From Camelus ferus (lineage: Eukaryota), in assembly GCF_009834535.1 (NCBI RefSeq), contig NC_045696.1:74216001-74280000 (forward strand): 64,000 nucleotides of DNA. Reading direction: 5' to 3'. The translations under genes were made by a program, and so were the position numbers. Each line of letters begins with the position of its first letter. The stretch's first letter is position 1. Below the pieces are notes generated by a model. It did not search any database, was not told where the DNA came from, and saw only the letters and a list, made by a program, of their open reading frames with translations. Of the stretch, positions 13,612-26,420 are shown in pieces.

Positions 13612-13983
13612 TTAGTTTTCTTTTCTTCTAAACTTTTTATCTAGTTTTGGTATTAGGATAATGCTGGCCTTACAGAATGAAATAGGAAGTATTACTTCTG
13701 TTTCTGTCTTCTGAAAGACATTATAGAGAATTTGTATATTTTCTTCCTTAAGTGTTCTGGTAGAATTTATCATTGAATCATCTAGTGCTTTCTGTTTTAG
13801 AAGGTTATTAATTATTGATTTAATTTCTTTAATAGATACTGGACTATTTATATCATCTATTTCTTCTTGTGTGAGTTTTGGTAGATTATGTCTTTCAAGG
13901 AATTGATCCCTTTCATCTAAGTTATCAAATTTATGGGTCCAGAGTTGTTCATAGACGTCCTTGATTATTGTTTTAATGTTCAT
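13612..13983 (-). pseudogene. Fossil L1 ORF2 segment (Z-region preceding RT)
   Basis: Translation 'YEQLWTHKFDNLDERDQFLERHNLPKLTQEEID...ASIILIPK' is characteristic of L1 ORF2p. Surrounded by stops and frameshifts. Confidence 0.9.
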
Positions 13984-16224
13984 GGGATCTGTAGTGATAT
14001 CCTGACTTTCATTTCTGATATTAGCAATGTGTATCCTTTCTCATTTTTTCTTATTCAACCTGTCTAGAGACTTGTCAATTTTATTGATCTTTCCAAAGAA
14101 CCAGCTTAGGTCTCATTGATTTTTTCTCTATGGACTTTTTATTTTCAATTTCATTGATTTCTGCTCTAATTTTATTATTGTTTTCTTCTGCTCATTTTGG
14201 ATTTAATTTCTTCTTCTTTCTCTAGTTTCCTAAGGTTTACACATTTTTAATTTTAGATCTTTCTTCTTTTCTAATATATTCATTTAATGTTATTATTTTT
14301 CCTCTAGCACTGCTTTCAGTGCATTCCACAAATTTTGATAGGTTGTGTTTTCATTTTCATTTAGTTCAAAATATTTTAAAATTTTCTCTTGAGATTTCTT
14401 TTTGCCTATGTTTTATTTAGAAATCTATTTGTCTAGCCTTCAGTTCTTTGGGGGCTTTCCAACTATCTTTCTGATACTGATTTTTAGTTTAATTCCATCA
14501 AGGTCTAAGAACAGATATTATATGATTCCCAATCTTTTAAATTTGTTGTATTGTGTTATATGGTGCAGAATGTGGTCTATTTTGGTGAATGTTCCATGGG
14601 AGCTTGAGAAGAATGTGTATTCTGCTGCTATTAAATAAAATAGTCTATAGATGTCAATGATAGCCAGTTGATTGACCATGTTGTTGAGTTAAACTATGAT
14701 AGTACTGACATTTGGCCTGCCAGATCTGTCCATAGATAGAGGGGTTTTAAAGTTCCCAGCTATAATGGTGATTCATCTGTTAATTTTTGCAGTTCTATCA
14801 GTTTTTGCCTCATGTATTTTGATGCTCCTCTGTTAGGCATATAACTTTAAGGATTGTTGTCTTCCTGAAGAATTGACCCCTTTATCATTAAGTATTGCCC
14901 CTCTTTATCACTGATAACTCTCCTTGGTCTGAAGTATGCTCTGTCTGAAATTAATATAGCTATTTCTGCTTTCTTTTAATTAGTGTTAGCATGGTATATC
15001 TTTCTCCATCCATTTACTTTTAATTTATATGTATCTTTATATTTAAAGCAAGTTTCTTGTAACCAATATATACCTGAGTGTTGTTTTCTGCATCTACTTT
15101 GGCAATCTGTGTTGTTTACTTGGTGTATTTAGACCATTGATGTTCAAAGTGATTACTGATACAGATTGATATCCACTATATTTGTTACAATTTTCTATTT
15201 TTTACCCATATTCTTTGTTCTTGTTTTTACCTTCCTCTCTTTTTCTGCCATTTGTAGTTTTAATTCAGAATTTTATGATTCCACTTTCTCTGCTTTCTTA
15301 ATATGTTATATTTCTATTTTTAGTAGTTGCCCTAGAGTTTGCAATATGCAACTAATCCAAGTCCACTTTCAAATAACTCTGTGCCATTTCATTATATTAT
15401 AATAATATAATCCTAATTCCTCCTCTCTGCCCCTTGTCATTGAAGTCATTCATTTCACTTAAGGCATAATCGTGTATACGTATATAAACATACATAATCA
15501 ACCTAACCCCACCTCCCTGCCCTTTCACTTACTTCTCATTCTCCCTCTCAAAATCTGTCTTAGGAAAGGCTCTGTTATCAGTGATTGAGAAGCATAGAAC
15601 CAGAATCATCAGAACCAGAGTGACAAAGATTGCTTAGTATAACTGCACCTGAGATAACTGAAGCTATTCTACAGCATCACTGACAAGCTATCACCAACTG
15701 TACATACTAGTGGTATTGAACTCACCAGCACTTGTAATCTGTATACAGAATAAGCACAACTTATGCAATGTAATCAAAATACAACTTTTTCCTTCCCGTT
15801 GTCACTTTAATGTGTACTTGGTGGAAGAAGCTTTCTTCAGCCTCTGAAGAGAAACTCTGGCAGAACTCATGGTTTCTGGTCACTCATGGCTAATGCATAA
15901 TGCTACAGGTTGTTTTTTTTTTTTTTTTTTTTTTAATCACAAGAGTACTTTCTCAGTTCTGTAATTAAATATTCAATTCAATATGTTGGTCAGCACTTCA
16001 GTCTTCATACAAAGGCACAGATCTCTTCCTACCCTCTATGGAGTGATCTGCCCCCTTTCTTCCTGACCCACCTAGCTAATTTTGTTCTCGGAGCCTTCTG
16101 CAGTTGGAAGAGAGAAGTGGGCAAGGCAGCAGAAAATTCTTACTTCATGAACTTGGCATAAAGCCACTGGAATCAAGAGCTCTTTTTAGAGCTCTTTATT
16201 TGCAAAGGCCTCCTCCATGGCCTT

Positions 16225-16322
16225 TTACATAATTCTGTATTTGTGATGCTTTATTTGTTTTCTTAAAGAGGGCCTCTCAATTTCTTCAAATTCAAGAACA
16301 CACAAAACTTGGAGTCAAGAGT
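16225..16322. mobile_element. hAT MITE half (MER53-like)
   Basis: 'ttttcttaaagagggcctctcaatttcttcaaattcaagaacacacaaaacttgga' resembles the MER53 terminus. Confidence 0.5.
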
Positions 16323-17142
16323 GCTGCCTTAAGCTGGCTCCACAGTCCATGGTCTGGTTAATGATGGAAACTGATAGTTCCTGAGTATATGGAGTTGGCG
16401 CTTTCTTTGGAGGCTCTCCTGCTGGGCCCCTCTGAGGTGATTCCCAGGATACCAGAAGTCCTACCCTTTGGCTTATTGCTCTACCTCCCTCCTCAGCTTC
16501 TGATTTTCCAGCAGTCCTCCCTATCCAGACCCTCTACTGGACTTCCTTCATCTTCCAGTAGAAATCTTCTTAAGCGGGACTTTACTAAAGGTTCCACATA
16601 TGTTCTCTGGGCCTCATGCACCTTTGACTCAGCACTGAAAAAGGGCAATTTCTCCCAACACAGAGCATCTGTTTCTTTTTGCACTACCCACTGAGACTGA
16701 TGGCCAAAGCCTCTTGCTGGCCACACCCTAGTCCAAAGCTCTCACTCACTTGAGGCTGGACACAGAGAAGAAACCACCCTTGCCACATTCCCTGTGAGGA
16801 AGAAAGAAGAGAGAATCTCCCTCTAAAGAAATCTCTTCAGAAATCCTTCCCCATCTCCAATCTTTTGACCCCCTGATAGTCTCCTTGTGGAGTCATTTTC
16901 TTGGAAAATCTTTATTTCTGTCTAGCATGTCTCTTTGGAATGTCCTAAGTGTTATATTGTGGTATCTAGTTATAATTCCAGTTTAAAATCTTGTCATACA
17001 CCTGAGTGAATCCTCTCCACTTTTGGAAAGTGCTTATAATCCAAAATACTTCCTTTCAAATTTCAAAAATTTGTCTTGCCATGGCTGGTTATATTCATAG
17101 TCAAACAAAACAAAGTTAATTCCTCTTCTACTCAATAGCCCT

Positions 17143-17657
17143 TGTGGTAGACTGAATAATGTTCCCCCTCCCAAAGGTGTCCACCTCCGAATCCTCAGAC
17201 ATTGTGAGTGGTACCTTACATGGCAAATGTGACTTTGCAGATCTGATTAAGAATCTTGAGATGGGGAGACTACCCTGGATTCTTCAAGTGGACCTAAATG
17301 TAATCACAAATGTTCTTCTAAGAGTCAGAAGGAGACTTGCGTACAGGGAAGGCAACGTGATAATGAACAAAATTGGAGTGATGTGCTCTGAAGATGAGGG
17401 AAGTGACCATCATCTAAGGGATGAAGGTGGCAACAAAAACTGGGAAACGCAAAGTAATGGATTCTCTCTCCAGAGCTTCTAAAAGGACCCTACTCTGACA
17501 GCATTTTGACTTTAGCCCAATGAATCAGATCTCAGACTTCTGGCCTCCAGAATTCTAATAGTATAAATTTGTGCTATTTTAAAGGTTTAAGGTTTTAAAG
17601 GGTTAATACCACTAAGGTTTAGGTATTCTTTTATAGTAGTATTAGAAAACAAAAATA
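17143..17657 (+). mobile_element. MaLR solo LTR (MLT1D-like)
   Basis: Starts 'tgtggtagactgaataatg'. Contains 'cttacatggcaaatgtgactttgcagat...gatctcagacttctggcctccagaa'. Confidence 0.85.
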
Positions 17658-18719
17658 CCCTTCAAATAGTTAAAGAGCATTATAGTTTCTTAAGCCCCTT
17701 GGTAAGGAAGTCACGTGGCCCAAAAGGATTGGGACTCCTGTTTAAAAATATTTAAGCAAAAAGCACTGGTCCTTCCTGTTGCCCCAGCATCATCCAACTT
17801 AAATACACATCACTATTCTAAAATGATTTCTTATGTTTTATTTGTTTGTTTTTGTGTGGGTTTTCCTAACTAATGCCTACCAATTAGTTTGTATCAAGTC
17901 AAATCTCTACCCTGTCTGGACTTTGGAGCTTCCTCCAGCTCTGAGGATATAAAGGAAAGGAAAACAAAAATATTGATGGTACCACCATGCATGACTCCAC
18001 TGCTGTAGGCAGTTTCAAAGTTCCCTTTAACTGAAACTTACTTCTTTTGTTCTAAGAAGTTCATCAGGCTGCATAACTGCCTTCTGCTGAAAGCTTTAAA
18101 TAACCCCTGCCCCATACTATTTTTGGTATCCAGGACAATAGATTATTATACGCAAAAGGAAAAATTCAGAGCAGTACTCCAAAAATAGGCCATCTCATTT
18201 TGAAATGAATTATCACTTAGTTGGTCCCAGGGTATCTTGCAGGGACAAAAAATTCCTTAGGGGAGCAAAGCAAGGACCTTGGTGGCATTTTGGGCAGTGA
18301 CTGTGGGTTTATTCTGTTTTGTTCACTATTTAAGTTTGATCAATTTCCTGTGTTCATTTGCATAACTCTGCATTTTACCGAGTTCCCCCGATAACTGGAT
18401 AGTCTGGCAATTTCAATTTAGCACTCTTAATATAGCTTTTTTTTTTTTTTTTAGCAAAGCCCAGAATACTAAGAAAATCCCAGGCAGCAATATTTATGAT
18501 CTCTGTCTTGCTATAAAAATTAGATTATTTGTGTTTTAATGGATGTATGAATTTATCTACATATTATTATATGATTTACAAACAAAGATACAGCAGCGAC
18601 ATCCCAACACCAAGTAACCGGTCTTATGCTAAACACTTTTGTTGGTGTCTCTAACTATTCTACATATAGGCAATTTACATTTTTTCACTATTTATGTTCT
18701 CTCAGAAGAACAACTTCAA

Positions 18720-18985
18720 TTGAATTTATGTCAGCCTGCATTTGTGGAGCAAGTACAATGTACTACTGTACAACACGCTAGACACTGGTTACAAAAGTGG
18801 CATGCATATGCTCCCCATCTTGAAGAGTTCACAGGCAGGAAAGTGATACAAACATGCATACTAAAGCCATTCCAAATGTGAGTAATGTAACTTCAGATAC
18901 AAAGAGGACACAGATGAGGAAGCAATCTTTTCTCTTTGGGAAGGGTAAGGAGAAGCTACAGCAATGAAGTGATCTTTGATCTGGG
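18720..18985 (-). mobile_element. L2 fragment
   Basis: 'catttgtggagc...ctagacactgg...ccccatcttgaagagttcacagg'. Confidence 0.5.
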
Positions 18986-19399
18986 CCCAGGGCTTTTGTT
19001 TTGTAGGGTGTTTTGTTTTGTGGGAACCAAGTTTTTGTTTTGTTTATAGGGCCAGGAATACAATGGAGAAATATACTTCAGAAGAAGCTAACAAAGGGAA
19101 CAAAGGCAATAGACAGTGCAAATGCCTGGTGTATTGGGGGGAAAGCATGTGCATCAGTAGGAGTGTAGACACTGCCTATACTTAGAAGCCCTTCAGGAAA
19201 AGTACCAAAGGTAGGCTAGGCAAAGAGTGCAGGGGGCCTTTTAGATAGTATTTACTTACTTCCTTGATTCAAGTGTATAGATATATGTGAGCACATGGGC
19301 AGAAACATCATACCCTTCACCTTCCAGCACATTCATCTTGAGGCCAGTTTCCTGCTTCTATATGCAGGGAGGAGGAAAGGAGACACAATAGATAGAAGA

Positions 19400-19555
19400 A
19401 AACTGGGCTGGAAATCAAAAGGCTTAAATTCAAATCTAAGTCATTACCTACAAGTGACTGGATTTTCCACTTGGACCTTCCCTGAGTTTCACTAGCAATA
19501 TCTGTAGAACAGAAATGATGATAACTGTCCTGCCTACTTTATCAGGTGATTATAC
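19400..19555 (+). mobile_element. MIR
   Basis: 'ctgggctggaaatcaaaaggcttaaattcaaatct...gatgataactgtcctgcctactt'. Confidence 0.65.
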
Positions 19556-20041
19556 GTATCAGTCATAAGGAGGAGCTGCCAGTTCTGAAATTCCACTAGG
19601 AATTAGTTTCTTCAATGCACATTACAAAATGATTACCACCGTCATGTTAGCTAACACCTCCATCACATCACAATTAGCTTTTTTCTGTGTGTGATGAGAA
19701 TATTTAAGATCTATTCTCTTAGAAACTTTTAAGAACATTATACAGTATTGTTAACTATAATCACCATGTTGTACATTCGATTCCCAGAACTTATTCATCT
19801 TCTAACTGAAAGTTTGCACTCTTTGACCAATATCTCCCTATTTCTCCTACCCCCTGCTAGCCACCATTCTATCTTCTGTTTCTATGAATTGGGTTCTTTC
19901 AGATTGCACATAAAAGTGATACATGCAGTATTTGTCCTTCTCTGACTTATTTCACCTAGCATAATGCCCTTAAGGTTCATCCATGTTGTTATGAATGGCA
20001 GAATTTCCTTCTGTCTCATAGCTGAAAAACGTTCCAATCTT

Positions 20042-20068
20042 TGTGTGTGTGTGTCTTTGTGTGTATGA

Positions 20069-20101
<33 letters not shown>
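20042..20101. repeat. (TG)n-(CA)n inverted microsatellite
   Basis: Directly visible. Confidence 0.95.
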
Positions 20102-20102
<1 letters not shown>

Positions 20103-20649
20103 CAATCCCATCTTCTTTATCCATTCATTTGTTGATGGACACTTAAGTTGTTTCCATATCTTTGCTATTGTGAATAATGCTGCAATGAACATGGAAGTGC
20201 AGGTATGTCCTTAATATTCTGTTTTCATTTCCTTCAGATATATCCCCAGAAGTGGTATTGCTAGATAACATGATAATTCTATTTTTAATTTTTGAGGACT
20301 CTTCATACTGTTTTCTATAGTGGCTGCACTAATTTACATTCCTACCAACAGTGCACAAGGGTTACCTTTTTTGCACATCTCTGCCAACACTAGTTATGAC
20401 TTTTCTTTTGATAATAGCCATTCTAACAGGTGTGAGGTCAGCTCACTGTGATTTTGATATGCATTTCCCTGATGTTTCATGTACCTGTTGGCTATTTTTA
20501 TATCTTTTTTGGGAAAATGTCTGTTTAGTTCCTCTGCTCATTTTTAATTGACTGGGTTTTTTCCTACTGAATTATATGAGTTCTTTAAATACTTTGAATA
20601 TTAAACCCTTATCAGGTATATAATTTGCCTACGGCTTTGCTCTTCTTTC

Positions 20650-22068
20650 TTTTTTAACTTTATTGAGGAATAATTGAAAGATATAATTGTATATATTTAA
20701 AGTGTACAACATGGTGATTTGATATACATATACATTGCAGAATGATTACCAAGATCAAGATAATTGACACAGCCATCACCTCACATAGTTAACTCTTTTT
20801 TGTGGTAAGAATGCTTAAGATCTACTCTAAGTAACTTTCAAGTGTAGAATACTGTATTATTAACTATAGTCATCATGCTGTACATTAGATCCTCAGAACT
20901 TATTCCTCTTATAACTGAAAATTTGTACTCTTTGGCCTATGTCATCTCATTTTCCCCTTCCCCCAACCCATGGAAACTAGCATTCTATTCTCTGTCTCTA
21001 TGAAAGTTGCTTTTTTTTTAAAAGATTCAACATACAGCTATCAAAATTTCAATGACATTTTTCATGGACATTGAAAAATCTATCATAAAATTCACATGGA
21101 AGCACAAAAGGCCCTTCACAGCAAAAACAATTCTTAGAAGAACAAAACTCAAGAGATCACACTTCCTGATTTCAGGCTATGTTACAAAGCAATAGTAATC
21201 AAAACAGTATAGTATTAGCACAAAAACAGGTACACTAACAAGTGGAATAGAATAGAGAGACCTGGCATAAATCCATGTAAACCCATCAACTAATTTTTGA
21301 AAAGAGTGCCAAAAATACACAATGGAGAAAGGAATGTCTCTTCAATGAATAGTGTTGGAAAACTGGATATCCATATGCAAAAGAAAGAAATTGGACCCCT
21401 ATCTTACCCAATTCAAAAAACTAACTCAAAATAGATAAAAAACTTAAATGTAAGATCTGAAACTAAAATTCATAGAAGAAAACATACAGAAAAAGCTCTC
21501 ACATTGATCTAAGCAATGACTTCTTAGATAAGACCCCAAAAGTACAGGCAACAAAAACAAAAATAAACAAGTGGAGTACACCAAACTAAAGAGCTTCTGT
21601 ACAGCAAATGAAACAATCAGGAATTTAAAAGGTAACCTAAAGAATGGGAAAAGATATTTGCAGACCATATATCTGATAAGGGGTTAATATCCAAAACATA
21701 TAAAGAACTCGTATAACCTAAAAGTAAAAATAAATAAGTAAATAATTTAGTTACTGAAAAACCGAAGGACCTGAATAGACATTTTTCCAAAAAAGACATA
21801 TAGATGTACCTGAAATATGAAATACATATATGAAAAGGTGCTTAACATCACTAACCATCAGGGAAATGCAAATCAAAACCACAGAGAGATATCACCTTAC
21901 ATCTCTCAGGTTGGCTATTATCAAAAAAGAAAAGAATAAAAATGTTGGTGAGAATGTGGAGAAAAAGGAATAACTAAACACTTTAGATTAGAATGTAAAT
22001 TGGTACAGCCATTATGGAAAACAGCATGGAGATTTCTCAAAAATTAAAAATTGAATTTTCATATTATC
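20650..22068 (-). mobile_element. 5'-inverted L1MA-type insertion (3' part on minus, 20650-21037; inverted ORF2 part on plus, 21038-22068)
   Basis: Poly-T tail and 3'UTR at 20650, orientation switch at 'catacag|ctatcaaaatttc', TSD-like flanks at 20632-20649 and 22069-22083. Confidence 0.85.
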
Positions 22069-22582
22069 CAGCTTTGTTCTTTCACAAGATTGCTTTGGCT
22101 ATTCAGAGTCTTTTGTGGTTCCATATACATTTTAGGGTTTTTTTTTTCTATTCCTGTGAAAAGAAAAAAAAAAGCTATTTGAATTTTGACAGGGATTGCA
22201 TTGACTCTGTCAATATTTAACAACATTAATTCTTCTAATCCATGAAAACAAAACCTTTTCAATTATTTGTGTCTTCTTTAATTTCTTTCGTCAATGTCTT
22301 ACAGTTTTCAGTGTAGAGATTTTTCATCTTCTTGGTTAAATCTATTCCTAAGTATTTTATTCTTTTTGATGTTACTGTAAATGGGATTGTCTCTTAAATT
22401 TCTGTTTCTGATAGTTCATTGTTAGTATATAGAAATAGATTTTTGTACATTCATTTTGTATCCTGCAATTTTACTGAATTTGTTTATTAGTTCTAACAGG
22501 ATTTGGTGGAGCATTTAGTGTTTTCTACATATAATATTAAGTCATCTGCAAATAGAGACCATTTTACTTTTTCCTTTCCACT

Positions 22583-22630
22583 TTGGATGTCTTTTATTTC
22601 TTTTTCTTGGATGTCTTTTATTTCTTTTTC
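22583..22630. repeat. Perfect 24-bp tandem duplication inside L1
   Basis: ttggatgtcttttatttctttttc x2. Confidence 0.95.
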
Positions 22631-25600
22631 TTTCTTAATTGCTCTGAATAGTGCTTCCAGTAGTATGTTGAGTAGGAGTGGTGAGAATGGGCACTCTTGT
22701 TTGTTCCTGATCTTGGAAGAAAAGTTATCAGCTTTTCACCACTGAGTATGATGTTAGTTGTATTATGTTGAGATATGTTTTCTTTACACACAGTTGTTGA
22801 GAGATTTTATCATGAAAGGATGTTGAATGTTTTCAGTGCTTTTCCTGAATCTATTGAGATGATCATATAATTTTTAGCCTTCATTTTTTTAACATGATAT
22901 ATCACACTGATTGAATTTGTGGTTGTTGAACTATCCTTGCATCCCTGGAAATAGATCCCACTTGATTATGGTGTATGATCCTTTTGATGTACTGTGGAAT
23001 TCAGTTTACTAGTATTTTTTGAGGATTTTTGCATCTATATTCTTCAGGGATATTGGCCTGTAATTTTCTTTTCTTCCATGTCTTTTCCTGGTTACAGTAT
23101 CAGGTTAATACTGGCCTTGTAAAATGAGTTTGAAAGTGTTCTGTCCTCTTTTCTGTTTTAGAAGAGTTTGAGAAGGATGTTATTAATTCTTTAAATTTTT
23201 GGTTGAATTCACCAGAGAAGCTGTCTGGTCCCAGCTTTTTGTTTGTTAAGAGGTTTTAGATTACTGATTCAGTCTCCTTCCTAGTAATTAGTCCATACAT
23301 ATTTTTCATTTTTTATGTTTCAGTCATAGTAGGTTATATGTTACTAGGAATTTATCTATTTCTTCTAAGTTGTCCAATGTATTGGTGGTATAATTATTAT
23401 AATAGTCTCTTATGATCCTTTGTATTTATGTAGTATCAGTTGGACTGTCTCTCTTTCATTTATAATTTTATCTGCTTGAGTCCTCTCCCTTTTTTTTAGT
23501 GAGTCTAGCTAATGGTTTGTTTACCTTTTCAAAAAACTAGCTCCTAGTTTCACTTGTCTTTTTTTAAAGTCTATTTTCTAGTGTTCTTCTTGTAATTGAT
23601 TTCTAGTTTTATATCATTCTGGTCAGAAAAAGATACTTGGTATGATTTCAGTCTTCTTAAATTTATTAAGATTTGTTTTGTGGTCTCACATGATCTATCC
23701 TAGAGAATGTTCCATGGGCACTTGAGAAGAATGTGTATTCTGCTAGTGTGTATTCAGTAAATGTTTTGTGATTATTCAACCTGGTTTCTTCTTAGTGGCT
23801 CTTAGTTGTTGAAGGTATGCCAAGACCCATCAGTGACCCAGAGGGGAGAACTGCACTTAGCACCTGGATGCTGGAAGCCAGACCCTCAGGCAGCATCTGG
23901 GAGAGTATGTAGCTAAGCCCCTTTCATGTAAAAACTGGGAGGTGGGTATTTTTGCCTGCTCCCTCTGCACTAAGCCCAAGTGTATATCCATGGTGATACA
24001 GGTGGAGGGTGGGTAGTTCCTAAGCCCAGTAAGAACTTTTTTTTGCTACAGTTCTGTAGGACTCCTAAATGCAAGCCTCAATGGCTGTCAGAGCCATGCA
24101 GTCTAAGGGCCCATCTCTTAGGTGACACCCACAAAAATTGGCATTGCCATACATGTGTATAAGCTCCTTCCAGAGAGATACTGGTGACTTGGAGCAGGCT
24201 GGGGAGACAGGTTGGGGGAGGTATCTGCCAGCTTCCCTAGTGTCTGGGGAAGATTGCTGTCAGCCCTAGATATGTGCTAAATTAGAAACCTGAACCTCAG
24301 GCAGAAGCTTTTAAAGTATGCAGGTAGGCCCCTTTCAGGGAAAGACGGGGAAATGAGCATTTTTGCCTGCTCCCTCTGTGCTGAGCTCTGGAAGTCCCGT
24401 GGTACTTCTGAAGCCCCATTGGCTATCAGAACAGACGATCTAGGGACCTGTCCTTTCGGTGGCAGTCCCGAAAGCTAGGGTGCAAATGTGTGTACAAGAT
24501 CCTTCCAGAAAGATGCTGGTGACTCAAAGTGGCCTGTATTGATGTGCATATTTTTTCATTTGCCCACTGCATAGGAGTCACTCAGTTTCTGGACTTCTTT
24601 CCGAGGGAATTGCCTCACATGTAGCTGCACATTTCGTGTGTCTATGGGAGGAGAGGATTTCAGGAGCCTCCCATATTGCTATCTTTAAAGACCACCTTGA
24701 GAAATAAATGAGATTAAATAATTTTTCTCAAGGCTGTAGACCTAGAGAGTGATGATTTTGGACCTAACCTTACTCAGATTGGCTCCAAAGTTGGCACCCA
24801 TTTCTTCTTACCCACAGGTTATCAAATGAGATAAAAGTATTTTGCTATTTTGTGTGGAGTGAAGCAGGCTCCAAATGTGGGTATTGTGATTGTTGCCTGA
24901 TTGATTATTCTTGCAAACACGTTGAAAGTTTAAAATTGTCAGAGGAAATTATGAATAGAATACAAAACTACCATATAGCCCTAAGTATTTTGTCAAACTA
25001 CAGCCTGGACTGTAACCTTTGGTACAAAGTTTTCACTTCTGCTTTGTTCACCACATGTTAAGTGTGATTGAATGTGAGGAACCTGATCTAGGTTTCCTAG
25101 GGGGGCTTAAGACCATTGCTGAGAATCCAAAAGAGTCATAAGTGTAGGAGCATGGCAATTGCTACCAACGAGCAACCAAGTGAGGAAGTCATTTTCTTTT
25201 CAATTTTCTTGCAATATATTTGGATTACATGAAAGAGAAAATCTTGTTTTTGTGCTACTTTTCTTTAACATCTCCTTTGTACTTGATAGTCTCTTTTTTT
25301 ATCAAAGAAAATGTCAAATTCAGGTTCAGATCTTTCAGTAGGAAACTTTATCTCAATTCTTTTTATAAGATAGCTCTGTTTTGTTTATTTTCACATTTAT
25401 CTTCTATTTATGGCAACTGATTCTAGTTTTCTAGGCAGAGATATATCATTTCCTTTTATAAAAGTTTACTTGAGTAAAATAAAGGTCAGTCAATTTAAAG
25501 AAATATTAAGTAAATAATACCTCATATGGTACTCAGTTATTGCAAAAAATCATCAAGATGGTTCATAAATGACTGAAATTTGTGAAATTATAATCTATTC

Positions 25601-26029
25601 CAACCTCCTCAATTTACAAATATGATTCTAAAGTGAAGTTTTAGTTTGGGGAAGAAAACAGAACTAGAACTCATACCCTCTGTCTTTGTCATCTCAAAGA
25701 AACTGGGGTTCACAGAATTTAGATGACTCGTCCTGTGGCACACAGATAGCAAGTGCCAGGATCAGAGTTTTAATCTGTTTAAGGCTAATCCTTGTGTTCT
25801 TTACACTTACTGTTTTACCTCTCACAGTCCCAAACTCCAGTAACTTATAATTTAGCAAGATATATATGTGGTTACTCCCTTCAAAAAACTAACAGTCTAT
25901 TTGGAAAGGGAAAATTTTGAAATATAAAAGAGGAAGAAGAATAATTTGGACTATTCCAAATTCCACATAAATATCCATAGACATGGCCAGTGTTTGAAAC
26001 TTCATTGAGTGTGAACACATTGGAAGAGT

Positions 26030-26420
26030 TCTCCTGCCTCAACTAGAAAGGAAGTCTAGGGTTCAAAGAAGCAAAGATGGTTTGGAAAAGTGTTTAAGGC
26101 AGATAAATGGGAGTGTGCAAAGGAATAGAAGATTAGAAGAGAGAAACTAGGGAATGTTAAACAGAACATTATACTTAGAGCAGATGATATGCATTAATAA
26201 GAAGAGGAACAGGAATAGATAGGTTGACTAGGGTCAGGTCATGAAGAGCTTGAATGCCAGACTTTGGGTTTTATTCTAGAGGCAAGGGATCCATTGAAGG
26301 TTCTTGGGCAGGGGAAATGTGGAAGGACTGTGCCTTAAGAAGATCCATTTTGCAAGAGCATGCAGGTTAAGTTAGGAAGGGAATGGGAGGGAGACCATAG
26401 CCATGAAACTGCAATAGCTT
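26030..26420 (-). mobile_element. L2 fragment
   Basis: 'gggtcaggtcatgaagagcttgaatgccagactttgggttttattct...ccattgaaggttcttgggcaggg'. Confidence 0.7.

Larger units (their letters stand above)
9828..15480 (-). mobile_element. Old L1 (L1MC1-like): 3'UTR plus nearly complete decayed ORF2, interrupted by a younger L1 at 11804-12996
   Basis: L1MC-type 3' end 'gcagttttagtttcacagcaaaattaagcagaag...gatgaacctacattgacacatc'. ORF2 remnants in the ORF track at 10370-10588, 11130-11312 and 13612-13983. Endonuclease N-terminus 'ISVITLNINGLNTP' readable on the minus strand near 15120-15165. Confidence 0.92.
19618..24697 (-). mobile_element. L1MA-type element keeping its 3'UTR, parts of ORF2 and its 5'UTR, with several internal deletions; host of the inverted L1
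   Basis: L1MA8/9-like 3'UTR 'tttaagatctattctcttag...cccagaacttattcatct'. ORF2 antisense at 22069-23760. GC-richer 5'UTR at 23770-24697 ending in a decayed YY1-type start (minus strand 'aaagatagcaatatgggaggctcc'). Confidence 0.85.

Noticed and set aside
13612..13983. Longest ORF (123 aa) as a gene
   Set aside because: It is a decayed L1 ORF2 fragment inside a fossil element.
17159..17482. 107-aa ORF
   Set aside because: Lies wholly within an MLT1 LTR, starts without a convincing context, and shows no recognisable protein similarity.
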